A stretch of 63,059 nt of DNA, filler included, from Folioceros fuciformis (Eukaryota): assembly GCA_049999805.1 (NCBI GenBank). It is 6 parts of 6 records of this genome, joined end to end, with 100 filler letters (N's around TTAATTAATTAA, not from the genome) between each part and the next. Parts side by side here need not be neighbours in the genome. Positions count along the whole stretch, not along the records: positions 40,227 to 51,412 come from JBNGIO010005776.1; positions 51,513 to 57,534 come from JBNGIO010005777.1; positions 57,635 to 63,059 come from JBNGIO010005780.1; 3 more parts are not named here. The stretch is one strand, 5' to 3'. The translations under genes were made by a program, and so were the position numbers. Shown here in pieces: positions 51,056 through 63,059 of the stretch (its first letter is position 1; the number at the start of each line of letters is the position of its first letter). The notes below the pieces were generated by a model, which saw nothing but the letters and a program-made list of their open reading frames with translations, did no database searches and had not been told where the DNA came from.

Positions 51056-53259
51056 GGATCACAAGGTGTAATGACCAGGGTGAAGGGGTTTGCCCCTAGC
51101 TCTTGATTGTAAAGGATGTGTCTTTCTCTCGACCTGTCCACTCTTATTCCCTGTTTGGACAAGTGCTGTAGGCCGGCCATGTTTCATGGCGTCTGGTAAG
51201 GTTGTGGGGAGGAGATATCCGAGGGGGTGTGGGGGGAGAGTGTGTTCCCTTCTTTCTCTTCTTTGGGGTTAGTCTAGTGACTCTTGCCGGGTAGGAGAAG
51301 TCAATAGGGAAGTGTAGAAGGTAGTGGTGTCATGGTTAGTTGCTGGTGTTGGTGCTGGAGTGAGAGAGCGAGTGAAGTGAGTGAGGGAAGTCGCAGATCT
51401 GAAAGGTTAGGGNNNNNNNNNNNNNNNNNNNNNNNNNNNNNNNNNNNNNNNNNNNNTTAATTAATTAANNNNNNNNNNNNNNNNNNNNNNNNNNNNNNNN
51501 NNNNNNNNNNNNAAGACTAAAGGGTGGCAAATGACAAAAAGAGCTGAAGACTAAAGGGTGGCAAATGACAATGAGTTCAGGGAACTTTCCTAGCCTTATA
51601 GGAGATCCCCTCTCTCCTCACGCTCTCTCTCTCCTTAGGTCAATACTATAAAAATCAACTAAATTAATGAACCTCTTCGCTCAAACCTCTTCGCTCATTG
51701 ACCTAGGCCTGCCTAGAAAATGACTCGGTGTCCGAAGTCTTAATGGGCCTACCATTGAGGCCCAATCACCACAAGCCAACATAAACTAAGTCTAAAATGT
51801 GGGGTCTGACCCCACTCCTAACAGTCCTTTGCTGGCTGCAATTATCCTCCTCATGCTCCTGTGCTGTCACCTCATCAGCTGGTCCCTTCCTTGTTGTTGA
51901 AGGAGGTGTCANNNNNNNNNNGGTGTCACCTCATCAGCTGGTCCCTTCCTTGTTGTTGAAGGAGGTGTAGTTGCTAAGCTGCTCTCCTTGTTGTTGACAG
52001 AGGTGTAGTTGCTAGGCTGCTCTCCAAAGGCATAGGAGGGAGTCCCCCTATCCTATAGGCAACTCAAGTGATAGATCCATGTTAGCTTATGTCCTGGGGT
52101 CAAGTGTCCCCAAAATCTCTTGTCTGTCAGATGTGTGTTCCACATTTGTGGGGCTGCCCTTGGCATCTTGGGTGGGCACAGGACCAGTGCTGTCCGTAGA
52201 GCCATTCCATCCTAATGTCAGTGTCCGTAGAGCCATTCCATCCTAATGTTAGGATCCGCAGCATAGGGACAGAAGTCCCACAGATCCTTGGGTAACACCT
52301 ATCCTACAAGGCACAAAAATTGTGTCTTCTCCTGCTTGGGGCCTTCCTTGGCACTTGAGGGGCAGGGATGGAATCCACCTGACCCTCTGTCTCACCTATG
52401 CCCTTCCTTGTCTTCATGTTTCGCTGGTTGAGCCCAAAGTCCTGCCACTGCTGACCACACTTCCGTCTGGCCAAGAGCAAATCACCTCAACATAGGTGAC
52501 TCCTACAGCAGGAGCCCACAGCACCCTAAACCCCTCACAGCACTGCTTGCAGCTCCTTCATGAGCTCACAAACCACCCTTCATCAACCCCAACCCCCCCC
52601 CCCCCCCTACAATTGCTAGATCCCAATGGCAGAAAGAACAGGAGGCCAAGAGCCACACCTCCTCCTTTACTCTCAGCCACAGCCCATGGAGATTGAGGCA
52701 CCTGCCTTGCTCCTTGCTCTTTGCCTGAGTGAAAGAAAGGCAAAAACACACAAAAAGACTAGGATTTGCACCCCATTCCCCTTTCTCATAGCCTAATCAA
52801 TCAGCTCTTGTGAGCAGCCCTCTAGAGGGAGCTTGGCTGGCTCCACACGTTGCTCTCCACACTAAAATCAGAGGGGGTGCAAAAAACCCCCACTGAAACC
52901 AGCTCACCTTGACCAGCAAACTAGAGAGAAAAGTGGAGTCTTGGGAGGCAACTCTTCACTCCCTTTGCTCACAGCCCTCCTCCACACTTCTTTAGCCCTC
53001 CTCGCATGCAGCCTAGGCCTCCTCTAGCTCACAGATCCCTAGGATCTTGCCTCTAGATCGCTCCTAGATCACGAAAGGGAAAAAAAACAAAAGGAGGAGC
53101 AGCCGCCACGTTTCTTCTCCCCCTTGGCAGCCTCACTACCTCTCCACTGTTTAACCTCGTTGCCCCTCCACTGTGGCAGCCTCCCTGCCTCCTGCAACTC
53201 ACAGATCCCTGCTGCCCGCCCCGTTTGCTCACAAACGGCTACTTTCCCTAAGCTCCCAA

Positions 53260-53565
53260 GCACTTGAGGACTTAGAGTGGTTGCATGTCGCATGGAAACG
53301 TGGAGCGCTTGCAGCCTGGTGACTTCGAGTGCTCGCATGCCACTTGGGGACTTAGAGTGGTTGCATGCAATCTAGGGACTTGGAGTTCTCGCATGCCACT
53401 TGGGGGCTTAGAGTGGTTGCATGCAATCTAGGGACTTGGAGTTCTCGCATGCCACTTGGGGACTTAGAGTGGTTGCATGCAATCTAGGGACTTGGAGTTC
53501 TCGCATGCCACTTGGGGACTTAGAGTGCCGGCATGCAATCTGGGGACTTAGGGTTCTTGCATGCA
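53260..53565. repeat. 56-bp tandem repeat made of two related 28-bp halves, about 4-5 copies
   Basis: ccacttggggacttagagtggttgcatgcaatctagggacttggagttctcgcatg at 53340, 53396 and 53452, with a diverged copy at 53508. Confidence 0.9.
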
Positions 53566-53759
53566 GCCCAGTTTAGCAGGTCCCTGCCCGGACCTCTTAC
53601 CAAACCTACTGGTTCGGTACCAAACCACTTCTGCTCCTCTGACAGATCCATAAGACTCCTATCCCTCGGACAGATGCTTCTCCTTACCATGCGTGAACAC
53701 CTCACTCACATATATAGCCGCAGAAAGAAATAAAAATAGAAAATAGAACCAAACCAACT

Positions 53760-54650
53760 AGGAAGGAAGCAACCTTCCCTATACTAGTCGCATTTGTACA
53801 AATTGTACCAAAATTGGAACACTGACCCGAAATTCTATGTTCTACAAGCCACAAACCTTGAAGGAAGCATTGGAAGAACCAAAGGCTAAGGAGTGGAAAG
53901 CAGCTCTAGATAGTGAGTATAATTCACTTATCAAGAACAAGACTGGAAAATCACTCCTCTTCCTCCAGGAAGAAAGTGCATAGGATCAAAATGGGTATTC
54001 AAGATCAAACAAAGTAAGCCGACAACAATCTTCAATGATAATCAAGGTTGCATCTTCTTAACCAAGAATGCTACATTTCATGCAAGGACGAAACACATTG
54101 AGGTGAAGCATCACTTCCTTAGAGAAAAGGTGAGATCCAAGGAGATACAAGTGGAGTATCATCTACCAAAAGACATGCTGGCAGATATCTTGACTAAACT
54201 TTAGGCTTGAGTTTAGACAAGAATGCTAGGTTTAGCAAGATGTTTGGTTTAAGGGAATAGTTTTTGAAGTGTTGAGTGGGAGTGTTAGAAATGAGTGGTT
54301 TAGGACAACACATCAAAAGAGTAATTGTTCTAAATTAACAGCTAAATATTTATGCCATATTAGAGAGTGGTAGAAGAACTTTCCTTACAGTCTAAGCAAG
54401 GTTGTTACTATAGAATAGATAGTGTCTAGGATAGTAACATGGTGACCCTCGAGTATATAAGGGTCATGGCCATGCTCTGTAGTGTAGTGGTGAATAGATA
54501 AGCGTAAGTATTTGAGCTGATCGAGCCCTCACATGTCTTTCACCCTCTCGTGTATATTTGTAACACAAGAAGGATAACCAAACTACGCCATTCAATCCAA
54601 GAGTCCAAATTGATTCACTTAAACGAAAGCCTTTGCGATTAGATCCAACA
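53760..54650 (+). mobile_element. Internally deleted Copia remnant with 3' LTR (54283-54650)
   Basis: RT start (LKEALEEPKAKEWKAALDSEYNSL...IGSKWVFKIK) jumps directly to the RNase H end (DNQGCIFLTKNATFHARTKHIEVKHHFLRE). PPT gagtgggag, then LTR TGTT...AACA with a TATA box. Confidence 0.8.
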
Positions 54651-55296
54651 ATGCGCCAAAGTGGACGTGAGCATCCAGGAGTGTTCCCAAGAGTGTCAGT
54701 AATGCCATTATATTGGGATCACACGAATCCGACAAGAGCTTCATGAGAGAGGCAAGAGCTTCCTAAGACATGTGCACCAGCACATTAACACCAACATAAA
54801 GATACTTAGTATCAAGACCATTTTGATAAATATACACTATAGTGGTGAATATACAACAGAAATCGAGAATATGCTCTTTTACGTAAGCTAGGAAGATTAT
54901 AATGATAACTTTCTGTTACTGAGAAAAATAAGATGGCAAACTTATCCACCTAAAAAAGAGGTGCTACAAACCACCAAAGCCTTTGGTGGTTTGATTATTA
55001 TAAATCCACAAAATCTCCCTCCATGTTTTTAATAGTTAATTTTCATTCTTTTGGTTTTTTAGAAAGAAAAGAATTCCTTTCTCTTTAAGGTAAAATGGTT
55101 TTAGGCCTCCTAAATTAGACGGAAAGGGTCTATTTAACACTTTACCAAAGTATTGAGGAATAAAAAAAGAATGAAAAAATGGCTTTAAGGATCTAGGTAA
55201 AAATTATTCACCAAGGTCTACACCAAAGGTAAAGGTGATAGGGCCACTAGGGCTAGGCTATAAAATCGATGAGCCTAAAACCTACCTATGCACTTA

Positions 55297-55862
55297 GGAT
55301 ATCATAGTTGGAAGCAATTATGATATCATAGTTCGGAGCACCTATGATATCATTAGTTCGAGCACTTATTATATCATAGTTCGGAGTACTCATAATATCA
55401 TTAGTTTGGAGAAAGGAAGGATCTACCTACCACTAGAGACACTAATGTCAACTCTCGTGTGATTGTCCTCTATATAGCATTAGCCAAACAATGGAAGCTC
55501 TCGGATAAAAAGATGCTTTATAGAGTTTGTCGAATGGCACCCCATAGCCGCAAGAGGACAGAGAGAGCATGCCAACGCTTTGACCACACCAAGACAAAAC
55601 CTCATTATAGTAGAGAATGTAGCTGGTGCAATTCGAAAAGCCTAAATACTAGGTCGAACCAAGAGCCATGAACTTGCGCCCTTTCATGAGCAAGAATGGA
55701 GTTATGTCCGAATTGGCCAAGCCTAAATACTAGGTCGAACCAAGAGCCATGAACTTGTGCCCTTTCATGAGCAAGAATGGAGTTATGTNNNNNNNNNNAA
55801 GAGCCATGAACTTGTGCCCTTTCATGAGCAAGAATGGAGTTATGTTCGAATTGGCCAAGGGA
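55297..55862. repeat. Tandem repeats (about 26-bp gatatcatagttcggagcac x4-5; about 80-bp unit x~3)
   Basis: Direct repeats visible at 55297-55410 and 55640-55860. Confidence 0.75.
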
Positions 55863-57634
55863 TAGAAGAATCTTCGAGAAGATTAAGCTATCTGTACCTG
55901 CTCATATTCCTTCTCAAGAACAGAAGTTTGGAGTGAAGCCGGATCCCCACGGTGAGAAGAGAGAAAAATTAAGACATAGTACACTTGGCCACAAAAGAAA
56001 GAGAGTTCCTAATCGATCTTAGGAACACCTAGTCACACCTACAAAGGAAGGGCACCCTTCTTAACACCAAGGATAGTAGAAGTCATGTTTCAAGAGCTTT
56101 AGATCCTTCAAACTTTGAAAGACTTTCAAAGCTTTTACACATATGACACCTAAATAGCATACTGCTTGAATTTTTTGCAAGTGAGATGTCTCAACATGAA
56201 TTGTGTTTTCTGACCTAGCGCACCAAGAATGAAAACCATGGATTGAGAGGAAAGCCTCTTCCGCTTTTCTCTCTTATTTTTTTTATATTTGATTATTATT
56301 ATACTCATAAAAATAAATAATGATAATGTGATGTATGCCTTTGTCAAGATGAGCTTGTTTAGCTTGGATAGCGGCTTTAGGAATATGAATCGAATCTTGT
56401 CGAGGATTGAAATGCCACCACATTTCCTCGGTTGTGGGCAACATTTTAGTAGATAGTCTTCCACAACAATCATGACATCTCTTTCTTGGTAAGCTAGATG
56501 TTTTGATACGCGACCTATCAATACAAAATCATAGGTCTACTATGTGGAAAGGAAAAGTTTGGGCAATAGGTATAAATTAGTATAGGAAGGTCTAACTTTG
56601 TTGCAACAGACACTATGTTTTTGTAGGCTGGGTTCAAGGAACTTGTTCAAAGCCTAAGTTCCCTTTGTTCCCAGGCCAAAGAAAAATGAATCAAGCCATG
56701 AACTTGCAAGTTGCATCCCTTCCAACAATAAGTTCATTGCAATCCCCTCCACCATTGGCCCATACTAATAGTAAAGAAGGGAATGTGAAACAATAAAAAA
56801 GAATTATAAAATTATCTATAAATGGGTGTTGAAAAACCTCATATCCAATTATATTATAACATCCACAAAAATTCTCATTCTCATAAAATGTATAAATATT
56901 TTTTTATTTATATAATTTTATGTTAATATGAAAGAATATATATGTATATATATTCTGCTAACATGACAAGTTAAATGCAAATGATGTTATATATATATTT
57001 TGTTCAATTATGTTATTTACGAGATTATCTATTTTTATTCAAATGTATTTTGTGGCAAATGCACTATTGATGTTGTAACATGTGTAAGCCACTGTTTTGT
57101 TTTTTATCATTATGCCCTTACATCCATAAATAGATCTAATATCTACTGACTTGGAGTATTTTGTTTGTATACCATTGAGTATACGATAATTCAGTGGGAG
57201 TTAATTAAGAATTTATTAAGCTAAATATTTTCCATATTATTTAGATATAATGCCAAAAAAAATAAATATTTTTATTTTATGCGCTTATACATACTCTTGC
57301 TACCCTTTCTACACTATTGAACATGTCTTTATCATAAAATTTTGAAATAGATCTATTAAGAGTATGTTAACCTCTTTGTTTCTCATATTTGGGATAAATT
57401 TTCTATGAAATAATATAGATTTTTTGAATATTATATATGAGTTATGTGAACCCTAGTTTTTTTTTAAATTTAAAATCAAGGGTTTGGAAGAAATTTAAAG
57501 GTCCCGAATTGTGAAAAAGATCAATATGCATGATNNNNNNNNNNNNNNNNNNNNNNNNNNNNNNNNNNNNNNNNNNNNTTAATTAATTAANNNNNNNNNN
57601 NNNNNNNNNNNNNNNNNNNNNNNNNNNNNNNNNN

Positions 57635-59789
57635 AAATTGATAGATTCAAGGCTAGGTTGGTGGTGAAGGGATACTCCCAAGAGGAGGGCATTGACTACA
57701 ATGAGACATTTGCACCAGTTGCCAAGTTTGCATCCATCAGAACCTTACTTGCAGTGGGAGCAATGTATGATTTGGAGATTCATCAAATGGATGTGAAAAC
57801 AGCATTTCTAAATGGGGACTTGGAGGAAGACATTTACATGGAGCAACCCCAAGGCTATGTAGTTATGGGCAAGGAGAACATGGTTTGCAAATTGAAGAAA
57901 GCTCTTTATGGATTGAAGCAAGCTCCGAGAGCTTGGTATCAAAAGATTAACTCATATCTTTTGGAGCAGGGTTTTCGGCAATGCACATCGGATGAGAGCA
58001 TCTACATTTTTGAGGTCTCCCAAAGTAAGGTAATCTTAGCCATATATGTGGATGATCTTATCTTGTTGAGTCCATCTTTAAGCAGTATTGATAAAGTGAA
58101 GGAGATGTTGTCAAAGAAGTTTGAAATGAAGGACTTAGGGAACATNNNNNNNNNNNNNNNNNNNNNNNNNNNNNNNNNNNNNNNNNNNNNNNNNNNNNNN
58201 NNNNNNNNNNNNNNNNNNNNNNNNNNNNNNNNNNNNNNNNNNNNNTCCGTGCGCATTAGTGAAAGACACATTAGATCCTTCAAATCTCACTACCAATCCT
58301 AGAGAGGTGGTTGCACTCACGGAAAACAAGTTCTTCCCCAAGCCTGGTACGTATAGCACCCTTTTCAACATCCCACGCACTACTCCGTTAGGTGTGGTCA
58401 TATCCATTGCCACAACACCTTCCCCCTCACACATTTGGATTGAATTATCACCCAAATAGATCTTGGTAGTAGCAATGGACTTGAAAGATTGGAACCACTC
58501 ACGCCTATTGGTCATGTGCTCCGTAGCTCCCGAATCAATGTACCATTCTTCGACTTGCTTGGAGGGATGATGTGTGCACACAAAAGCTTCCTCATACTCT
58601 TCCACGAAGTTTCCTTGACTCTTTGTCTTCTCATCTCGATCTCTCTTGAAGCAATTCCTTGCAAAATGTCCAACCTTGCCACAATAATTGCAAGTGAGAT
58701 TAGATCTACGATTTCTCCCCGTTATCTTGTTGAGTCCATCTTTAAGCAGTATTGATAAAGTGAAGGAGACGTTGTCAAAGAAGTTCGAAATGAAGGACTT
58801 AGGGAACATCAACTATTGTCTTGGAATTGAAGTGCGGAGAGATAGGGCAGCACGTATCATCAGGCTTGGTCAGCAAGGGTATGTTGAGGGATTATTGGAG
58901 CGATTTGGAATGATGGATTGCAAGCCTATTGGGACCCCTCAAGATTTAGGTGTGAAGTTGTCTAAGGTTGACTACTCATCAAATGATGGGGAGGAGCATG
59001 AGATGAGTAACATCCCATATAGGGCAGCAATTGGAAGTTTGATGTATGCCATGGTAGGAACACGTCCAGACATTGCAAAGGCAGTGGGAGTAGTGAGCCA
59101 ATTTATGCAAAGCCCGGGAAAGCAACATTGGATTGCGGTGAAAAGGATCATGCGATACTTGAGAGGTACAAGTGATATGTGGTTGGAATTTCTCGAGTGG
59201 AATCAAATACCATAATATTATTGGGTATTGTGACTCCGATTGGGGAAGTGATCTTGATGATAGAAGATCAACTACAGGATATACTTTTATTTTAGGAGGA
59301 GGTGCCATTACCTGGAATAGTAAGAAGCAACCCACGGTGGCCATATCGACAGTTTAAGCTGAGTACATGGCATCCACACAAGCCACCAAGGAGGCCGTAT
59401 GGTTGAGAAAGCTCATGGAGGAGATTGGTTATGAACAATTGCATCCGACCACTCTTAGGAGCGATAGTCAAGGAAGTATGGCCTTGATCAAGAATCCAGT
59501 GCATCATGCAAGGACAAAGCATATTGACATTCAACATCACTTTGTACGTGAGAAGGTGAAGTTATTGGAGGTTACCTTTGAATATTGCAACACTGAGGAA
59601 ATGGCTGCAGATTTCTTAACCAAGGCAGTGAGTAAGTTCAAGTTTGAGAAATGCAGGGGACTACTTGGACTGAAGCAAACTCAAGTGCGCTGAGTGGGAG
59701 TGTTAAGCATGATTAATGTTGATATTAATTAGTGCTAATCCAGCTTATTGAGTTTGTACTAATTAGTGGTAAGAGTGATTAAGGTTATG

Positions 59790-59822
<33 letters not shown>

Positions 59823-60338
59823 NNNNNNNNNNNNNNNNNNNNNNNNNNNNNNNNNNNNNNNNNNNNNNNNNNNNNNNNNNNNNNNNNNNNNNNNNNNNNN
59901 NNNNNNNNNNNNNNNNNNNNNNTCAAGTGCGCTGAGTGGGAGTGTTAAGCATGATTAATGTTGAGATTAATTAGTGCTAATCTAGCTTATTGAGTTTGTA
60001 CTAATTCGTGGCAAGAGTGATTAAGGTTATGATTAATATATATATAGCTTATTAGACTTTGTTATGTTAGGCAAAAAGGTATTGTAGGGTTTGGGGTCAT
60101 TTATCCCATATTGGGCATGAAATGAGAGTGCCACCCATAGGTCCATGAAAGAAGGGATGAACCCACCTAGTATTTGTAGTCTAACTCCCTCTTCACTTGT
60201 ATTGTGTTGTTTTTGTAATTCTCCTTTTATTTGAGTTTAAGAGCCTTGTTATAGTGCTCTTATTTTTGGGATTCTGCATCTTGCTTCAACTAACTTGTTT
60301 TAACCTCTTTTGAGCATGGCGGGGGTCACATCTCAACA
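57635..60338 (+). mobile_element. Ty1/Copia retrotransposon (RT, RNase H, PPT, 3' LTR) with an inverted gag-protease segment at about 58246-58720
   Basis: KARLVVKGYSQ, QMDVKTAFLNG, IYVDDL, YCDSDWG, HARTKHIDIQHHFVRE. PPT gagtgggag; LTR starts at 59701 (repeated at 59943 across a gap) and ends ...tctcaaca at 60338. Minus-strand CNYCGKVGHFARNC and WYIDSGATEHM. Confidence 0.92.
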
Positions 60339-62884
60339 CAACTCCCCATGAAGGGCTGGCCAAGTTTTCAGCCCCGTCCTTGGCTCTCCGGTGTGAGACT
60401 GTCTCAACCCCGTCCTTGGCTCTCCTGTGTGAGATTGTCTCAACACTCCCTGGATGGCCTCCTTATCAACTGGCATAAGTACCTTGCCCTTTGTTTGTTT
60501 ACCTGAGGATAGCCTCCTTATCAACTGCCATAAGTACCTTGCCCTTTGTTTGTTTACCTGAGGATATAGATCGTGCTTCTACTGCCATAAGTACCTCGCC
60601 CTTTGTTTGTTTACCTGAGGGTATAGATCGTGCTTCTACCCCTACAGGGTTTGCTTCCTGAGAGACACTTGAGGAACCCTGATGTGTTGCGGGGTTGTCA
60701 AGTTGATGAGCACCCCTCTTTTGGTCAGGACCTTTGAATCCACTTGCTGGTGACGAACTTGTCGTCTGATTAAGCTCCACACTATCGAGGTCCTCCTCCA
60801 TAGGCACCGCACCCTCAAACACCATGTCCTCTTCCCATCTGAGCTCCCAACTACCTGGGAGTTTGATTGAAATTGGAGCATTGAGTAACCCAAGAAAGCC
60901 AAGATGCGCCTTGAAGACCACTCTAGAGGCGAGAGTAACCCTGCCTTTGCCAAATTTCGCATCCTTGATATTAGCCAGCAACTGAGGCTCCCCCATCCAC
61001 TGCGACACCTTAAAGTCCCGAATTCGGCACTCTTCCCTCAACTCAATCAGTGTGTTCACAAACAAGATAGAAGAGTTATCCTCTAGTCTGTGACACACCA
61101 TACTATGTTGTGCTTCTTGCAGAGCCATTCTTACAGCTTGCTCATCAAACCCCAGACCCGCTTGCAACATGCCCCTAACTTTTAGCTTCACTGTAATCCA
61201 GAGTGTAGGAGGCTGACCCCCAGTCGACCCCCCTATCTAGAATGATCGCGTAGGCAAGGTTCTGAGTTCTGCCCCCTTCCGCATCCAATAGAAGTATGTA
61301 TTATCCACCTTCTTCCTCATGAGCACACAAAATTTAGTCTGTGTACTGTTTACACCACCGCTCCCCGAGAAGAAGTCTTTCTGAACTTTGTTTGCCCACA
61401 GCTGTGTTCCAGGGTTGGTCCTCCAGTTCTTCGTAGGGGCTCCTTTGAATCCAGGTAGGGGGCCTGAATGCACCTTCTCCGAATTGTCACTCCTACTTTT
61501 CCCGTTCCAACTCGAAGAGGACAAGCCTACTTAAGATGGTTTTGCAAGCCATACACACCGCATCTAATAGGTAGATCAAGGTAATCAAAAAGCTGCGTAA
61601 AACACTTAGATGGGTCCTCCGGATCACGAACAACGACACCTTCCGGCAAAGCTAGGAGGCTATCAACCCTCACACCTAAGCGAGGTGGTTTGTTGCTATC
61701 GAAGAATCGAGAATCCACCTTAGGGACCTCCACCACCCTGCCAATGGTCCCCAGAAATTTTGCGAATCATTGGGACGAGCTGAACCGGCAAGGCTAGAAG
61801 ACCCACCCACAAAAAGTGCCGCTTGATTTTAGACTGCATGATTGTATTCCCAAGAGACTAGGCCTCCACCACCCCCGGGATGGATTCTCGGAATGGCAGC
61901 GTTGTTTGTAAGAGGGCCTGAGCCCCAACGGCCTTATCACACTTAATCTGGAAAGAACCATCCGCTTTCAAGAAAACATATGCTGGAGGGCATCCCGTTA
62001 CCTAAGCCACCCAGTCCTCCAATTCCTCCACAGTACGAGGACCTCCAGACATAAGCCACCCCACAACCGAGCTGGCAGCAAGCTTGTCCTCCTCCCTTTG
62101 AAAAAATCTCGCCTCAGTGAGCACATCTGTTAGCGGACCCAGCTTTAACCCTGTACCCTCTTTTGCCGAACCCAAGGCATATTCTTGAGAAGGGGCCGGC
62201 TGTTCCTGAGCCTGCGCATAATTCCACATCTGCAAAATGCCTCTTAAGCACTACATGATCTTCACAAAATACTTCCAATTGGCTCCAACTACACGGTCTG
62301 GAGCACCCTATGATAAGTCGTTGCAAACTTTGTTGCCTTCGTTCTTTTCCTTCCTCTTCTTCTTTGGACTTTTTATCCTCCTTTGCAATTTGGTCGCCCT
62401 TTTCTTCCTTCTTCTCCTCAACGTCTACCACATTCTCTTTCGCAAGATCACACTCTTCGACATATTTGGATTGACCTGCACAACTTCTATTGCACTTTAC
62501 ACCACGTTGCCCACTGATCTTTTCTAAATAGTTCTTCAGCTTAGCTCTCAAAACAGTCTTTTACATAGATAAGTAGAACTTTGACCACATACACTCTTTA
62601 GCCTGTCTCTAAGCTGCAAGTCCTTCCTCGCTACTACTACTTGCTGATTTCAAACAAACACTATCAATTACAGGCTTAGACGCAAACTTTTCTAAGTTAA
62701 GCCTATTAGACCTTCTCACTAGAAGATCTCCAGTCACTGCATCATCACCAACCTTCCATCTAGCAAAGCCTCTATGATACATTCTTCCACTCCCGGCCTA
62801 ATAGCTTGAGCTTCTCTTGGGAGGATCCCTCTCGTGATAATCCTCAACTTTCCTAAGCTCCTCCAAACTTTTTCGACTGCTCCC
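60339..62884 (-). mobile_element. Degenerate LINE ORF1-like region (DUF4283 / zinc-knuckle type) with internal 36- and ~57-bp repeats
   Basis: Minus-strand fragments SVVGWLMSGGPRTVEELEDWV and FLGTIGRVVEVPKVD...PRLGVRVD...FDYLDLPIRCGVYGLQNHLK resemble plant L1 ORF1. Confidence 0.6.
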
Positions 62885-63059
62885 TGTTAAGCATGATTAA
62901 TGTTGAGATTAATTAGTGCTAATCCAGCTTATTGAGTTTGTACTAATTAGTGGTAAGAGTGATTAAGGTTATGATTAATATATATATAGCTTATTAGACT
63001 TTGTTATGTTAGGCAAAAAGGTATTGTAGGGTTTGGGGTCATTTATCCCATATTGGGCA
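62885..63059 (+). mobile_element. Copia LTR (same family as 59701/59943), runs off the window end
   Basis: Starts TGTTAAGCATG; only 3 mismatches in 175 bp against the copy at 59943. Confidence 0.9.

Overview
Eukaryotic nuclear DNA from a seed-free land plant, most likely a hornwort (inferred from a GRP-type DYW:KP PPR gene, an ORS-like type III PKS, short GT-AG introns and GC-rich exons). It is a gappy draft assembly: five 100-bp N44-TTAATTAATTAA-N44 spacers (11161, 21863, 40127, 51413, 57535) are artificial joins, so adjacency across them is unproven. Five protein-coding genes are supported: a RING-H2 protein with a 16-aa tandem repeat; an apparently intronless LETM1-like protein; a 4-exon type III polyketide synthase with alkylresorcinol-synthase (ORS)-like active-site residues; a 1487-aa PLS-class PPR protein; and a 9-exon CYP85-clan (CYP707-like) P450. 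The rest is mostly decayed Copia LTR retrotransposons, LINEs, a PIF/Harbinger element, a possible Helitron RPA remnant and tandem repeats. The standout is the PPR gene. It fuses two N-terminal OSB-type 'PDF' ssDNA-binding motifs to about 29 PPR motifs (seven near-identical 306-bp PLS triplets) and a DYW:KP (HAE, ...GRA) domain of the U-to-C editing class. This suggests an RNA editing enzyme with its own single-stranded nucleic-acid tether.
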